Positions 8,907 to 18,249 of a stretch of 64,000 nt of DNA are shown one piece after another; position 1 is the first letter of the stretch; every line of letters begins with the position of its first letter. The stretch is taken from the NCBI GenBank assembly GCA_025963775.1, contig JAOQAD010000037.1, positions 1,638-65,637 on the forward strand, written 5' to 3'. The notes below the pieces were generated by a model. That model did not search any database and was not told the origin of the DNA. It was given only the letters and a program-made list of their open reading frames with translations. This DNA is from Bacteroidota bacterium. GTDB lineage: Bacteria > Bacteroidota > Bacteroidia > 2-12-FULL-35-15. Position numbers and translations under genes: made by a program.

Positions 8907-11900
8907 TTATTTTACCAGAGTCACCGTTCCGATGTAATTGTGTTTCTTATCGAACACATCGGTCAGCTTCACTTTCCAGACATACACATCCTGCTGTGCC
9001 ACTTCAGCGCCGTGGTTGGCATGCCCGTCCCACATTGATGCATTGATGTCATCGCCATGATAGATCATATTACCCCAACGGTCGAAGATCCAGATGTCGT
9101 ATTTCTTGATGCCGATACCTTGTCCGTAGAACAGGTCATTTATCCCGTCACCGTTTGGCGTGAATGCATTCGGGATGAAGAAGGTGAACTCAGGGCCGAT
9201 CTCAACCGGGTGCTGGACTGTGCTTACACAACCGTCTGCATTTACAACCGTGAGCGTGGCTGTGTATGTAGCCGGGCCGCTGGTAGGATACGTATGAACA
9301 GGGCTTGAAACGTTCGGTGCAATGCTGTCGCCGTCGCCGAAATAATAGGTCCAGGAGATCACATCGGATGAAGAACCGTTCATTAATGTTACTTCCGGAT
9401 CAAGGATGGAAGCCGGGTTCGGAGTCGGTGTGAATTCAGCTACAGGAACTGCATACACTTCCACAAAATGGATCTGTGTGTAAGTTGAAGCACAGCCGTG
9501 GTTGTTTGTTACCGTGAGCGACACATCATAAAGGCCTGTGAGCGGATAACAATGTGATGGATTCTGGCTTACCGAATCAGGAGTGCCGTCGCCGAAATTC
9601 CAGTCCCAAGAGGTGATCACGTCACCCGCTGCAACAGTTGACTGGTCTGTAAAATTAGCACAATGGATCGGGCATCCGTTCGGATCATCCACTATGAAAT
9701 TCACAACAGGATTCTGGAAAAAGAAGAAGGTCACGCTCGAAGAAGCGAATGTACAAGGTCCTGAAGGATCATCCGTTGTAAGTGTAAGCGTTACAGAGCC
9801 TGCAGCGTATTCAGCAGCGCTTGGCGTGTACACCGCGTTGAGGGTTGCGTTGTTAGGTGCATACGTTCCTGCACCGCCGCTCCATACTCCGCCGGAAGCA
9901 GAACCTCCTACAGCACCTGCAAGGGTTAAGCTCATGCCTGCACAAACCGACTGGCTCGAACCGGCATTGGCAGTTGCAACAGGGTTTACAGTAACAACAA
10001 CCGAATCCGTAGAAATACAGCCTGTTGCTGAATTGGTAGTGGTAACAGTGTATGTTGTGCTTACCGGGCTTAATGTCACATTTGTGAGTGTTACGATAGG
10101 ATCAGCAGCTGTTGTGCTGCTTAAGCCTGTTCCCGGCGACCATGAATAGGTGAAGCCTGCAGCAGCAGGAACACCGATCGTGCCCGAGCTCCCGGTACAG
10201 ATCGTAAGGTCGGCACCTGCATTGGATACCGGCAACGGATTGATGGTCACAACAACCGAATCAAGGTCGCTGCAGCCTGATCCTGAAACCAGCTGGATAT
10301 AATAGGTTCCGCTTGCAGCAACAGCTGAAGGACTGGCAAGTGCAGCTGTAGCAGCGGCATTGGTCCAGTAGGTATAAACCCCTGAGCCCACAGTTCCTGC
10401 AGTAACAGCCGGAGCGGTGATATCAATTGTGCCCGGCGAGCAGACAGGCGCAGGGTCTGTTGTAGCTAAAACAGGGAAAGGATTTACGGTTACGGTCACA
10501 TCGTCCGTTGATGTACAGCCAGTGGAAGTCACTGTTGTGGTAACGGTATACGTTGTCACGATCGCAGTAATGCCGCCATTCACCGTTGTATTGCTCGGGT
10601 TTGAAACGTTGGTAGCACTGATGCCGGTTCCCGGCGACCAGGAATATGAATTTCCTGCAACAGCTACTGAGCCGATGCTTGCAGGTGTTCCGGTACAGAT
10701 CGTTACATCAGATCCTGCATCCGATACAGGCAATGGATTGATCGTTACAACAACCGGGTCGAGATCGGTACAACCACCTGTTGCTGTTGTTTTAATATAA
10801 TATGTTCCGCTGGTTGAGATCGCTGTTGGAGCAGCAAGAGGAATAGTACCCGCTGCATCCGTCCAATAAGTGAGTGTTCCGCCGCCGGTGCTTCCGGCTG
10901 TTACGGCAGCTGCGGTAATGTCGACCGTGCCCGGTGAACAAACAGCAGCAGGATTTGTGATCGCCAATACCGGCTGAGGATTTACTGTCACGAGTACATC
11001 ATCGGTTGTGGTACAGCCTGTCGAGGTCACTGTTGTGGTCACAGTATATGTAGTTACGATCGGGGTTGTTCCTGCATTAACTGTTGTAATGTTGGGATTT
11101 GAAACGTTTGTCGCGCTGAGGCCTGTAGCCGGCAGCCAGCCATAGCTGTACCCTGCAGTTGCAACCGAACCGATGCTTGCAGCAGTTCCGGAGCAGATCG
11201 TCACATCCGTTCCTGCATTAGAAACAGGAAGCGGGTTGATCGTTACAACAACCGGGTCGAGATCGGTACAACCACCTGTTGCTGTTGTTTTAATATAGTA
11301 TGTTCCGCTGGTTGCGATCGCTGTTGGAGCAGCAAGAGGAACAGTACCCGCAGCATCTGTCCAATAAGTCAGTGTTCCGCCGCCGGTGCTTCCTGCTGTT
11401 ACGGCAGCTGTGGTAATGTCGACCGTTCCCGGGGTACAAACTCCCGGAGGATTTGTGATCGCCAGTACAGGAACAGGATTAACCGTTACCTGAACGGCAT
11501 CTGTTGTTGAGCAGCTTCCTACGCTCGTAGTTACGGTATACGTTGTTACGATCGGCGTGGTGCCGGCGTTAACAGTTGTAATGTTCGGATTGGAAACACT
11601 CGCCGAGCTCAGCCCTGTAGCAGGCAGCCAGCCGTAAGTATTTCCGGCGGTTGTAGTCGTACCAACAGATGCAGGTGTACCTGAGCAGATGACAACATCA
11701 GGGCCTGCGTTGGAAGGAGGCAATGGATTAACAACAATAGTGCTGTTAGCCGTTCCCGGGCATGCACCGCCTACTGAATACGTAATAACATTGTTTCCTA
11801 CAGTTGCCGAGGCCGGATCAAATGTACCTGTTGCAGTATTTGTGATACCTGTTCCTGACCAGGTACCTCCTGCAGGTGCACCCGAAAGGTTAACAGGAGC

Positions 11901-13520
11901 GCCGGTCACGCAGAACGGGCCTGCAGCAGTAATATTTGGGGCAACACCAGGGTTCACAGTAATATTTTGTGTTATGGTTGCATTACATGGCCCCATTGTA
12001 ATGGTCAATGCAACCGGGAATGTTCCGGCCGCTGGAAATGTGTATGATGGATTCTGCGTAAGGTCATCCGCGACCCCATCGGCATTGAAATCCCATGACC
12101 ATGCGGTTATACTGCCCGTTGGTGTAGATGTATCTGTAAAGGCAGTCGCGCCGCCCGAACAAACAGTAGTATTTGTAAAAGAAGGAGTTGGATTGGAAGG
12201 ACTTGATCCTACGGTAATGTTCAGGGTTGTTGTACATGCAGGCCCGGAAACCGAAGTGATCACCACCTGGTAGGTACCGCCCTGGTTCACTACGCAGGTT
12301 TGGCCTGTGGTAGAGCCAACAATCCCGGTTGTTCCACCGGCAGTATTTGACCATGCATATGCTGCACCACCAGCAGGAGCTGTTAAGGTAACGGAGTTTC
12401 CGCCACAAACGGCAGGAGAGGATGCAACAAGCTGTAAAGGGTCGCAATCCGCATCAATGTATGCATATCCGAAGTGGCCGCCCTGTGAACAGTCGGAAGA
12501 AGTAAACTGAATGCTTACGCACTGGCCGATGTATGAGCTTAAGGGCACGAACACTGAGGTCCAGTTCCTCCACCAGATGGCGCTTCCCGGGGATGTTTCG
12601 GTAAAGCCTACGATTGGCGGTTTTGCAAGCACTTCGTAATCGCCGCAGGGAACAACTGCACCGGCAGCATCCCTCAGGCGCACATTAAAAAACGGGCGCT
12701 CCGGATCGCTATGCCCGGAAACAGGATCCTGTAATACAACAGCATATTTATAAGAGAAGTTTGCATTTGCAGCAGAAACGGTAAATGAGATGGTTGCCCT
12801 GGAAGCAAGTCCGCCTGTAGTCGCGCCATCGCCGAGCATCATGGAATTGTTACCACCTCCCGGAGGCACAACAGGCAATGCAGGGCCTACCGTAGGATCG
12901 CTTGCACCAACGGTCTGCAGCTGGTGCTGTGTTGCACTAAAGCCGGCAACAAGGCTGCATGGATCGCTTGTGGAGTTTGCACAAGCTGTTGCTGTCCAAT
13001 AGTTCCAGAAACCGGTACCTGATTCGAAGCCGGGATTTGTACAGGGAGAACCGCAGTTAAAAGGCAATGGTGTTGTTCCTCCGGTTGGCGCCCTTTGTGG
13101 CTGCTGTGATTCAATGATATTGTCCCTGTTTGCCATGAATTGCTTAAACAGTGTAATGTAAGCGGGCTGTTGCGCGGCAAGATATGTCCTTACCTGTTCA
13201 ACTGTTGTGATCTCCCCTTTTCCGATGCGGAAGATCAGCTCTGCCTTGTTCTTTTTAATATCAGCGCTGACATAACGCTTGAAATAAGGAATATCTGCCA
13301 TGTTGCCATCGCTTGCAAAGACCACATAATTTACAAAGCTTTCCGGTTCGGCAGCTTTCATCAGAGGCTGTGCCTTTGCATAATACGATTCCCATGTTTT
13401 ATTCGGGATACCGTAGCTGTTTTCGATCTGCTGGGCATGCGCCCCTGCCAGAAAAGCAGTGAGCATACAAATTACCAGCGCAATTTTCCTGAAACCGGTT
13501 ACAAAGTACGAGTTGATCAT
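8907..13520 (-). CDS. Giant repeat adhesin with a T9SS type B (gliding-motility-associated) C-terminal sorting domain
   Basis: 1537 aa with signal peptide (ALVICMLTAFLAGAHAQQ). It has many Ig-like/PKD-like T/S/G-rich modules. The C-terminus FFIPNAFTPNGDGINDLF...IWIFDRWGNMIYHG...YVWKVKL...GTVTLVK matches the type B sorting domain (TIGR04131-like). Confidence 0.9.
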   Translation of the reverse strand: MINSYFVTGFRKIALVICMLTAFLAGAHAQQIENSYGIPNKTWESYYAKAQPLMKAAEPESFVNYVVFASDGNMADIPYFKRYVSADIKKNKAELIFRIGKGEITTVEQVRTYLAAQQPAYITLFKQFMANRDNIIESQQPQRAPTGGTTPLPFNCGSPCTNPGFESGTGFWNYWTATACANSTSDPCSLVAGFSATQHQLQTVGASDPTVGPALPVVPPGGGNNSMMLGDGATTGGLASRATISFTVSAANANFSYKYAVVLQDPVSGHSDPERPFFNVRLRDAAGAVVPCGDYEVLAKPPIVGFTETSPGSAIWWRNWTSVFVPLSSYIGQCVSIQFTSSDCSQGGHFGYAYIDADCDPLQLVASSPAVCGGNSVTLTAPAGGAAYAWSNTAGGTTGIVGSTTGQTCVVNQGGTYQVVITSVSGPACTTTLNITVGSSPSNPTPSFTNTTVCSGGATAFTDTSTPTGSITAWSWDFNADGVADDLTQNPSYTFPAAGTFPVALTITMGPCNATITQNITVNPGVAPNITAAGPFCVTGAPVNLSGAPAGGTWSGTGITNTATGTFDPASATVGNNVITYSVGGACPGTANSTIVVNPLPPSNAGPDVVICSGTPASVGTTTTAGNTYGWLPATGLSSASVSNPNITTVNAGTTPIVTTYTVTTSVGSCSTTDAVQVTVNPVPVLAITNPPGVCTPGTVDITTAAVTAGSTGGGTLTYWTDAAGTVPLAAPTAIATSGTYYIKTTATGGCTDLDPVVVTINPLPVSNAGTDVTICSGTAASIGSVATAGYSYGWLPATGLSATNVSNPNITTVNAGTTPIVTTYTVTTTVTSTGCTTTDDVLVTVNPQPVLAITNPAAVCSPGTVDITAAAVTAGSTGGGTLTYWTDAAGTIPLAAPTAISTSGTYYIKTTATGGCTDLDPVVVTINPLPVSDAGSDVTICTGTPASIGSVAVAGNSYSWSPGTGISATNVSNPSNTTVNGGITAIVTTYTVTTTVTSTGCTSTDDVTVTVNPFPVLATTDPAPVCSPGTIDITAPAVTAGTVGSGVYTYWTNAAATAALASPSAVAASGTYYIQLVSGSGCSDLDSVVVTINPLPVSNAGADLTICTGSSGTIGVPAAAGFTYSWSPGTGLSSTTAADPIVTLTNVTLSPVSTTYTVTTTNSATGCISTDSVVVTVNPVATANAGSSQSVCAGMSLTLAGAVGGSASGGVWSGGAGTYAPNNATLNAVYTPSAAEYAAGSVTLTLTTDDPSGPCTFASSSVTFFFFQNPVVNFIVDDPNGCPIHCANFTDQSTVAAGDVITSWDWNFGDGTPDSVSQNPSHCYPLTGLYDVSLTVTNNHGCASTYTQIHFVEVYAVPVAEFTPTPNPASILDPEVTLMNGSSSDVISWTYYFGDGDSIAPNVSSPVHTYPTSGPATYTATLTVVNADGCVSTVQHPVEIGPEFTFFIPNAFTPNGDGINDLFYGQGIGIKKYDIWIFDRWGNMIYHGDDINASMWDGHANHGAEVAQQDVYVWKVKLTDVFDKKHNYIGTVTLVK
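9985..11729 (-). repeat. Tandem 492/498/498-bp coding repeats inside the adhesin gene (3 full units plus a half unit)
   Basis: Unit starts (Asn codon of NPLP[PV]S[ND]AG) are at 11729, 11237, 10739 and 10241. Units 2 and 3 differ at ~11 positions in the first ~200 nt of their distal halves (hand alignment of 10741-10940 vs 11239-11438). Confidence 0.85.
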
Positions 13521-13781
13521 GTCAGAACAGTTTATTTATTATTAACGAATTTAGGCCAACTTAAATGAAAGTAAAAATTATCAACAGCTTTTTTTAGTGC
13601 CGATAATTTCTGAAATGTTAGACGAATCGGACATTTTTAAAGAGTAAATATTCCAAACTGCTTACCAACACTTCATTACTGAGAGAGAGGAACTTATAAA
13701 AAGGTTGCATTCGGAGGCAACTATTTATAAACAATTCGTCTTAGGGAGTTATAGAAGCAGGGAAGGAAGGTGAATCTTCAA

Positions 13782-13886
13782 GTCATGCCGTGCTACGACA
13801 CGGCATCTCTACGCAATTTTCAGGCGTGCAAAAATTCTCTTCACTTTATAATTTTAGAGAGATTCCGGGTCGGGGCCCGGAATGAC
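13782..13886 (+). repeat. Complete two-hairpin composite element (GCCGTG-type hairpin, 44-nt spacer, inverted TCCGGG-type hairpin)
   Basis: gtcatgccgtgctacgacacggcatctct at 13782-13810 and tagagagattccgggtcggggcccggaatgac at 13855-13886. It lies just downstream of the hemF stop. Confidence 0.8.
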
Positions 13887-13904
13887 GGTGAGTAGAATAA
13901 GAGA

Positions 13905-14810
13905 TTACCCTGCCCAGCTGATCCCTTTTTTAAGCAGGGAAAGTGTCTGCTCTTCGGGACTGCCCTGTTCAGGAATAAAATTGTACTGCCAGCCGGCGGT
14001 TTCCGGGAGGCTCATCAGGATGGATTCGGTGCGGCCGTTGGTCTCAAGGCCGAATTTTGTGCCTTTATCGTACACGAGGTTGAACTCCACGTAACGGCCC
14101 CGGCGGAGCAGCTGCCATTGCTTATGCGCTTCGGAATAAGGCTTCGATTTGTTCTTATTCATAATGGCTGTATACACCGGGGCGAATGTATTCCCGATCT
14201 CTTTCAGGAAAGCAAAGCGCTGCTCTTTTGAAATTCCGGAAGATGCAGAAAGCTTGTCGAAGAAAATGCCTCCCACTCCTCTTGTTTCCTTCCGGTGATT
14301 TATATAGAAGTAATCATCTGCCCATTTTTTGAATTCCGGGTAAAATGAAGGGTCGTGCTTATCGCAGGAAGCTTTGAGCGCATTGTGAAAAAAGCGTGCA
14401 TCCTCTTCCACCACGTAATGCGGTGTAAGGTCGATGCCGCCGCCAAACCACCAGGTTCCGTTGCTCATTTCGAAATAGCGCACATTCATGTGAATGATAG
14501 GAACCATCGGGTTGGAAGGATGAATGACGATGGAAACACCGGTTGCATAAAAGGTCATCCCGGATGGATCTCCTGTTGCATTTTCCTTCGTTAAAAAATC
14601 AGGTACGGGGCCATGCACTGCAGAAAACAGTACGCCCCCTTTTTCGATCACATTGCCATGCTGGATGATCCTTGTGCGGCCGCCGCCACCTTCCTCGCGC
14701 AGCCAGTTGTCTTCAATGAACCTGCCTTTTCCGTCTTCCGCCTCAAGCGCCTTGCAAATGTTATCCTGCAGGGATTTGAGCCATTCCGTGATCTCTTCTT
14801 TACCGGGCAT
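13905..14810 (-). CDS. hemF: Oxygen-dependent coproporphyrinogen III oxidase
   Basis: 301 aa. The motifs GGGGRTRII, RGVGGIFFD and RRGRYVEFNLVYDKGTKFGL are typical of HemF. Confidence 0.9.
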   Translation of the reverse strand: MPGKEEITEWLKSLQDNICKALEAEDGKGRFIEDNWLREEGGGGRTRIIQHGNVIEKGGVLFSAVHGPVPDFLTKENATGDPSGMTFYATGVSIVIHPSNPMVPIIHMNVRYFEMSNGTWWFGGGIDLTPHYVVEEDARFFHNALKASCDKHDPSFYPEFKKWADDYFYINHRKETRGVGGIFFDKLSASSGISKEQRFAFLKEIGNTFAPVYTAIMNKNKSKPYSEAHKQWQLLRRGRYVEFNLVYDKGTKFGLETNGRTESILMSLPETAGWQYNFIPEQGSPEEQTLSLLKKGISWAG

Positions 14811-14811
14811 A

Positions 14812-16509
14812 TTAATTTGCTTTCACCAGTTTATAATCTTTGTATTTGAGGATATACACATAGCGGTTCTCAAAGCCGCTGTCGGATGGAAACTGGGCGA
14901 AGTTAAAATTTGTTTCAATGCCGTTCTGCTTATTTGCAGGAAGCGTATTTAAAAATGCTTTCCCGTTTTTCTGAAGCGCATCGAGGAAATAGTAGGTTAC
15001 ATCAAATCCCTGGTAAGAATAATTTTCCGGCTCTGCCTTGTAGCGGTCACGGTATGTTTTAATGAACTGCTTTGCGAAGCCATTGTCGTAATCCACAAAG
15101 TTGTTGGCCGGCGTATGCAATGAAAGGTTGTTCAGGTATTCAAGATCAAGATTATCATAGCTGTTCCAGTTCTGCAGCCCGAACAATACAATATCATACT
15201 TTTCCTTCATTACATTGAGCTTGCTGATGAATTCGGTAACGTAGGATTGATTGTTGGAAGGCAGCACAACGATGTTCCTTTTCGTAGAGCTGATCGCATT
15301 CTGGATGCCGCCGAGGCCCAATACTTCCTTCACAGAATCAGCAGGAGCATGTCCTTTGGCAAGCAGGCTTTTATTGGCAGCCGTTTTAAATGCACTGTAA
15401 AAAGCAAGCTCTTTTGCATTTCCCGTATTCACAAGAATGATGTTCTGCGTATCGAACGTATCCACTACAAAACCGGCCATCTGCTCAATCTGCAGCGTTG
15501 TGGAAGGCGACACCTTGCAGACGTACGGGTTGTTAAACAGAATTTTATTCACCTGCGTGAACGGAGAAACAATAGGGATCTCGTGCTCTTTCGCAAATTT
15601 TGAGAATGGAATAAAGCTGGAACCATACAATGGCCCGATCATCAGGTCCATCTCGGGCAGCTCAGGCTTTTTAAGGATGTTTAAAATATTGAGCGAATCG
15701 CTGTCGTCGATATCATACACAAATACTTTCGCATTGAAATGTTGTTTTTTTAATGAATCGATCGCAAGAAGAGCGCCTTCGTAAAACTGCAGGGCGACGG
15801 TGGTTTTGGTAGAGAACTGCACATCGCCTTTTACAAGCTTTTCAGTTTCGATGGTACCTGCTTCCGCTGCATGAAAAGGAAGAAAAAATGCAATGTTGTA
15901 CTCATCCTTTTTTTCGCCTTTGTAAATTGTAGAAGGCGAAGGCACTGTAATCCTGTCGGCAGCTTCTTCCTTCACAACAGGAGTGGCAGCTGTAACCGGA
16001 GGCTTGTCGGTAACAGTTTTAACAACTGCAGGATTTTCCTTCGGCTTGTTGTTCGGGATCTTCAGCATCTGCCCTGCTTTTAGGCCATCCTTCAATTCAG
16101 GGTTAAGCAGCTTGAGCTTGTCGGAATCCACCCCGTATTGCCTGGAAATGGAATACAGGGTTTGTCCCTGCTCCACTTTATGCACGGTGTAATTACTTGT
16201 ATCGACCGTTACTGCGGAGACCTTCTTTTTTTCGAAAGGGATCTTCAGGATCTGCCCGGGCTTTATTCCATCGATGGCATCGGGATTTTCGATCACGAGG
16301 TCGTTCACATCGATGCCGTAAAATTTAGCGATCGCAAAAAGTGTCTGCCCTTTTTCCACGGTGTGCAAATAATATTTCACGCCGCCGATGGTTGCCGAGC
16401 TTCTTGTCTTATGAATGTCGGAAGATTCTTTTTCCTGCGCAAACGAAGCTCCTCCGCACAGCATGAGTGTGCAGAAAAAAACAAAGGAACTCAGTCTAAC
16501 AGATTTCAA
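14812..16509 (-). CDS. LysM-domain protein fused to a type 1 periplasmic-binding-protein-like domain
   Basis: It has a signal peptide and two LysM modules (YYLHTVEKGQTLFAIAKFYGIDVNDL..., YTVHKVEQGQTLYSISRQYGVDSDKL...). A ~370-aa PBP1-like region follows. There is 1 nt between its stop and the hemF start. Confidence 0.8.
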   Translation of the reverse strand: MKSVRLSSFVFFCTLMLCGGASFAQEKESSDIHKTRSSATIGGVKYYLHTVEKGQTLFAIAKFYGIDVNDLVIENPDAIDGIKPGQILKIPFEKKKVSAVTVDTSNYTVHKVEQGQTLYSISRQYGVDSDKLKLLNPELKDGLKAGQMLKIPNNKPKENPAVVKTVTDKPPVTAATPVVKEEAADRITVPSPSTIYKGEKKDEYNIAFFLPFHAAEAGTIETEKLVKGDVQFSTKTTVALQFYEGALLAIDSLKKQHFNAKVFVYDIDDSDSLNILNILKKPELPEMDLMIGPLYGSSFIPFSKFAKEHEIPIVSPFTQVNKILFNNPYVCKVSPSTTLQIEQMAGFVVDTFDTQNIILVNTGNAKELAFYSAFKTAANKSLLAKGHAPADSVKEVLGLGGIQNAISSTKRNIVVLPSNNQSYVTEFISKLNVMKEKYDIVLFGLQNWNSYDNLDLEYLNNLSLHTPANNFVDYDNGFAKQFIKTYRDRYKAEPENYSYQGFDVTYYFLDALQKNGKAFLNTLPANKQNGIETNFNFAQFPSDSGFENRYVYILKYKDYKLVKAN

Positions 16510-16525
16510 GATTCCAGATTTTTAA

Positions 16526-18055
16526 TTATTCCCATTCGATGGTTGCAGGAGGCTTGGAGCTGATGTCGTACACCACCCTGTTGATCCCTTTTACCTTATT
16601 GATGATCTCATTCGAAACTTTTCCTAAAAATTCATAAGGCAGGTGGCACCAGTCTGCGGTCATTCCGTCTGTACTTGTCACCGCCCTCAGCGCAACTGCA
16701 TTTTCATAGGTACGCTCATCGCCCATCACGCCAACCGACTGCACGGGTAAAAAGATCGCACCGGCCTGCCAGACATCTTTATACAAGTCCGCTGATTTCA
16801 GGTTATCGATAAAAATGGAATCGACTTCCTGCAAGATCCGTACCTTTTCTGCGGTGATGTCGCCAAGGATGCGGATCGCGAGGCCGGGCCCCGGGAAAGG
16901 ATGACGGCCAAGGATGGCATCATCGATCTTTAATGTCTTCCCTACTCTTCTCACTTCATCTTTAAACAATGTATTGAGCGGCTCTACGATCTTCAGCTTC
17001 ATAAAATCAGGAAGCCCGCCAACGTTGTGGTGCGACTTGATGGTAGCGGAAGGGCCTTTCACGGAAACCGATTCGATCACATCCGGGTAGATGGTTCCCT
17101 GTCCCAGCCATTTCACATCCTCGATCCTTTTTGATTCATCATCAAACACATCGATGAACACTTTACCGATGGCCTTTCTTTTTTTCTCAGGGTCGGAAAT
17201 GCCTGCCAGCTCAGCATAAAAGCGGTCTTTTGCATTTACGCCTTTTACATTCAGTCCCATGTGCTTGTATGAATCAAGCACTGATTCAAACTCATTTTTT
17301 CTTAACAGTCCGTTATCCACGAAGATGCAATAGAGGTTCTTTCCGATCGCCTTGTGCAGCAATACGGCAGCCACGCTTGAATCAACGCCGCCGCTTAAGC
17401 CCAGCACCACTTTATCGTTCCCGATCTTCTGCTGCAATTCCTTTACAGTTGTTTCCACGAATGAATCCGGTGTCCAGTCCTGCTTACAGCCACAGATCTC
17501 CACAACGAAATTCCTCAACAGGATCGCGCCTTCGGTAGTGTGATACACTTCCGGGTGGAACTGGATGCCGTATGTCTGCTCATTCTTCACCTGGTAGCCT
17601 GCGAATTTCACATCCTTTGTACTTGAAATGATCTCGTAGTTGTCCGGGATCTTCGTGATGGTATCGGCATGGCTCATCCATACCTGTGAATTGTTGCTTA
17701 CGCCTTTGAACAGCTCGTTGTCTTCTTTCACAAAGGAAAGATTCGCACGGCCGTATTCGCGGTGCTCGGATTTCTGCACTTCGCCTCCGAACTTGTGTGC
17801 CATCAGCTGTGCGCCATAGCACACGCCTAACAGCGGCAGCTTGTTCCTGAAAGCGGAAAGGTCCGGGTTGGGCGCATCGTTTGCCCTTACTGAGAAAGGC
17901 GATCCTGAGAGAATCACTCCTTTTATGTTCTTTGTAATCTCCGGGATCTTGTTGAAGGGATGGATCTCGCAATATACATTCAGCTCACGCACCCGTCTTG
18001 CGATCAGCTGTGTGTACTGGGATCCGAAATCTAAAATTAATATTGTTTCCTGCAT
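16526..18055 (-). CDS. guaA: Glutamine-hydrolysing GMP synthase
   Basis: GATase motif [11 protein letters not shown]-PPase motif SGGVDSSV, and C-terminal PPATIEWE. 509 aa. Confidence 0.95.
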   Translation of the reverse strand: MQETILILDFGSQYTQLIARRVRELNVYCEIHPFNKIPEITKNIKGVILSGSPFSVRANDAPNPDLSAFRNKLPLLGVCYGAQLMAHKFGGEVQKSEHREYGRANLSFVKEDNELFKGVSNNSQVWMSHADTITKIPDNYEIISSTKDVKFAGYQVKNEQTYGIQFHPEVYHTTEGAILLRNFVVEICGCKQDWTPDSFVETTVKELQQKIGNDKVVLGLSGGVDSSVAAVLLHKAIGKNLYCIFVDNGLLRKNEFESVLDSYKHMGLNVKGVNAKDRFYAELAGISDPEKKRKAIGKVFIDVFDDESKRIEDVKWLGQGTIYPDVIESVSVKGPSATIKSHHNVGGLPDFMKLKIVEPLNTLFKDEVRRVGKTLKIDDAILGRHPFPGPGLAIRILGDITAEKVRILQEVDSIFIDNLKSADLYKDVWQAGAIFLPVQSVGVMGDERTYENAVALRAVTSTDGMTADWCHLPYEFLGKVSNEIINKVKGINRVVYDISSKPPATIEWE

Positions 18056-18060
18056 GCGCG

Positions 18061-18068
18061 CAAAGATA
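18061..18068 (-). promoter_or_regulatory. -7 box TATCTTTG for guaA
   Basis: Plus-strand caaagata. Only 5 nt separate the box from the ATG at 18055, so the transcript would be near-leaderless. Confidence 0.4.
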
Positions 18069-18226
18069 CAAAATCGGAGCCGTACAGCCTATAGGAAAGC
18101 ATACATTTTACCGATATTTTTCAATTTCCGGAACAGCGGTTACAACCATTCCACCTGTTTTAGCATCCCTTGATAAAGAGCCTTTGTTTGTTTAAAGAAA
18201 AGCGGCAGCAATTCCGTGTTTTAATG

Positions 18227-18234
18227 TAAATTTG
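18227..18234 (+). promoter_or_regulatory. -7 box TAAATTTG
   Basis: It lies 15 nt upstream of the ATG at 18250. This supports 18250 over the TTG at 18232 as the start. Confidence 0.4.
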
Positions 18235-18249
18235 CAAGGCGTCACACAG

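Noticed and set aside
9057-13568. Many 60-190-aa ORFs on the plus strand and in alternative minus frames inside the 8907..13520 adhesin gene (for example 9583..10149, 11689..12273, 12064..12447, 13140..13568).
   Set aside because: They are shadows of a long T/S/G/A/V-rich repeat gene. They have no signal peptides, motifs or promoter boxes, and their low-complexity products mirror the repeat periodicity. The 1537-aa frame has an unambiguous signal peptide and T9SS domain.
13782-13886. Invertible promoter switch (phase variation) for the giant adhesin, with the two opposed hairpins serving as inverted repeats.
   Set aside because: The arms share only ~21 of 29 nt. The 44-nt spacer holds no TAnnTTTG box in either orientation. 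No recombinase gene is nearby, and the same architecture occurs at 55981-56083 downstream of an unrelated gene. A repeat-element explanation fits better.
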